Positions 42,889 to 44,225 of a stretch of DNA of 44,225 nucleotides are shown here, piece after piece; the stretch's first letter is position 1, and every line of letters starts with the position of its first letter. The notes under the pieces were generated by a model. It did no database searches and was not told the DNA's origin. It saw only the letters and a list, made by a program, of their open reading frames with translations. A program made the translations under genes and the position numbers. The stretch is from an uncultured Methanomassiliicoccales archaeon (GTDB taxonomy: Archaea; Thermoplasmatota; Thermoplasmata; RBG-16-68-12): assembly GCA_964348145.1 (NCBI GenBank), contig CAYGBO010000001.1, positions 32,061 through 76,285 of the forward strand, written 5' to 3'.

Positions 42889-43469
42889 AGATCCTGATCA
42901 TCGACAACTACGACTCCTTCGTGTACAACCTCTACCAACGTCTCGGGGAACTCGGAGCCGACCCTGTGGTGTATCGGAACGACGCGATCTCCCTCGAGGA
43001 CGTCCGCCGCATCGCGCCGGACGCGATCGTCCTGTCCCCAGGCCCAGGCCATCCCTCGAAGGCTCGTGATTTCGGGATTTGCGCGGATCTGCTGAGCCAC
43101 GTCAGCCCGAGCACCCCGACCTTGGGAGTGTGCCTCGGGCACCAAGGCATTGGGACGACTTTCGGCGGCCGGGTGGGCCACGCGGCGCGTCTCCTCCACG
43201 GAAAGGTGAGCCGGATCACCCACGACGGCCGGACGATCTTCGAGGGGCTCCCAAATCCTCTCGTGGGCGGCCGCTATCATTCCCTCGCGATCGAGCGGTC
43301 GAGCCTGCCCCCGGACCTCGAGGTGAGCGCCACAGCGGAGGATGGCGAAGTCATGGGCGTGCGGCACCTCAGACACCCCGTCGAAGGGGTCCAGTTCCAT
43401 CCCGAATCGATCCTCACCCCGGAGGGTCCCGCCCTCCTCCGGAACTTCCTGAGGAGGGCGCGCCGATGA
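42885..43469 (+). CDS. trpG: anthranilate synthase component II (glutamine amidotransferase)
   Basis: KILIIDNYDSFVYNLYQ, SPGPGHP, the catalytic GVCLGHQ, and FHPES. The GTGA overlaps trpE. Confidence 0.9.
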   Translation: MKILIIDNYDSFVYNLYQRLGELGADPVVYRNDAISLEDVRRIAPDAIVLSPGPGHPSKARDFGICADLLSHVSPSTPTLGVCLGHQGIGTTFGGRVGHAARLLHGKVSRITHDGRTIFEGLPNPLVGGRYHSLAIERSSLPPDLEVSATAEDGEVMGVRHLRHPVEGVQFHPESILTPEGPALLRNFLRRARR

Positions 43470-44225
43470 TCCGGGAGGCCCTCGCCGAACTCGTTGCGGG
43501 GAAGGACTTGGGGTTCGGGATGGCCCACGACGCGATGGCAGAAATCATGGATGGCGGGACGACTCCCGCCCAGATCGGCGCGTTCCTCATGGCCCTTCGC
43601 ATGAAGTCGGAGAGCGCGGAGGAGATCGCGGGCATGGCGACCGCGATGCGGGAGCGGTGCGCGACGATCCACGGGGGGTCGAAGGGGCGGCTCGTGGACA
43701 TGTGCGGGACGGGGGGCGCGCCCCTCCGGACGTTCAACGTCTCCACGATCGCGACCTTCGTCGTGGCGGGCGCAGGCGTGCCCGTGGCGAAGCACGGAAA
43801 CCGCGCGGTCACGAGCGCTTGCGGCAGCGCGGATCTGCTGGAGGCCCTCGGCGTGCGGGTGGATCTCGAACCCCGTCGGGTCGAGCGGATCCTGCAGGAC
43901 ACAGGGCTGTGCTTCATGTTCGCCCCCAAGTTCCACCCGGCCATGCGCCACGCGATGGCTCCGCGGAAGGAACTCGGCATGAGGACCGTCTTCAACGTCC
44001 TCGGCCCTCTCACGAATCCCGCCGGCGCGAGAGGTCACGTCCTCGGCGTCTTCTCCTCCGATCTCGTCCGGCTGCTGCCGTCGGTCGCGACGCGGCTTGG
44101 CATGGAGCAGGCGCTCATCGTGCATGGCGTCGCGGGCGTCGACGAGATCTGCCTCTGTTGCCCCACGCAGGTCGGCGAGGTGAAGGACAAGGGCTTCGAG
44201 GCCGGTCTCGACTTCGACATCGATC
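43466..44225 (+). CDS. trpD: anthranilate phosphoribosyltransferase; C-terminal end cut by window edge
   Basis: My translation from the ATG at 43466 reads MIREALAELVAGKDL...TPAQIGAFLMALRMK...DMCGTGG...NVSTIATFVVAGAGVPVAKHGNRAVTSACGSADLLEALG...MRTVFNVLGPLTNPA. The ATGA overlaps trpG. It is not in the ORF track because there is no stop in the window. Confidence 0.9.
   Translation, partial: MIREALAELVAGKDLGFGMAHDAMAEIMDGGTTPAQIGAFLMALRMKSESAEEIAGMATAMRERCATIHGGSKGRLVDMCGTGGAPLRTFNVSTIATFVVAGAGVPVAKHGNRAVTSACGSADLLEALGVRVDLEPRRVERILQDTGLCFMFAPKFHPAMRHAMAPRKELGMRTVFNVLGPLTNPAGARGHVLGVFSSDLVRLLPSVATRLGMEQALIVHGVAGVDEICLCCPTQVGEVKDKGFEAGLDFDID

Noticed and set aside
1-44225. Searched by eye for CRISPR-like spaced direct repeats, IS/transposase or integrase genes, terminal inverted repeats, prophage or defence-island gene content, and rRNA/tRNA genes.
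   Set aside because: None were found. The only repetitive signals are the in-frame TPR units (1135-3321), the Pro-codon runs (about 7640-7665, 8370-8470 and 21606-21630) and the three diverged KaiC-like paralogues. By-eye scanning cannot exclude short or degenerate elements.

Overview
This is a visibly GC-rich, densely packed archaeal chromosomal segment. The archaeal markers are sn-glycerol-1-phosphate dehydrogenase, CDP-archaeol synthase, SepF, UPF0216, HerA/NurA, ADH synthase plus DHQ synthase II, and a GHMP-type shikimate kinase. I support about 45 protein genes. I recognised no rRNA, tRNA, CRISPR array, transposase or integrase.

Left third (1-12 kb): lipid and housekeeping genes (egsA, a TPR protein, a PUA protein, an FNR-like flavoprotein, sepF, carS, pyrE). 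It also holds the most unusual block, three clustered single-domain KaiC/RadA-like ATPase paralogues. All three carry Met in place of the invariant last Gly of the Walker A motif. Each sits beside a different small partner gene, one of which looks Roadblock/LC7-like.

Middle (12-29 kb):
- xseA and xseB; xseB has no canonical start codon.
- A divergent PolB2-like family B polymerase carrying a 165-aa mini-intein. Its frame is broken by 1 nt directly after the C-terminal splice junction.
- A RadB-like protein that lacks both Walker motifs.
- A 0.6 kb stretch with no convincing gene.
- A signal-peptide ORF separated from its apparent mature domain by a -1 frame change at a G_GGT_TTA heptamer.
- An mre11-rad50-nurA-herA operon joined by 4-nt overlaps. 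Its Rad50 has no CxxC zinc hook.

Right third (29-44 kb):
- A degenerate FtsZ-like gene, divergent from a Zn-ribbon/scramblase-like gene.
- A roughly 10 kb aromatic amino acid operon that also includes asd and aspartate kinase. Its aroC must start at CTG within a CTGA overlap.
- A trpEGD operon headed by a DhnA-type aldolase paralogue that lacks the Schiff-base lysine.

Two frame breaks at short homopolymers mean assembly error must be excluded before those are interpreted biologically.
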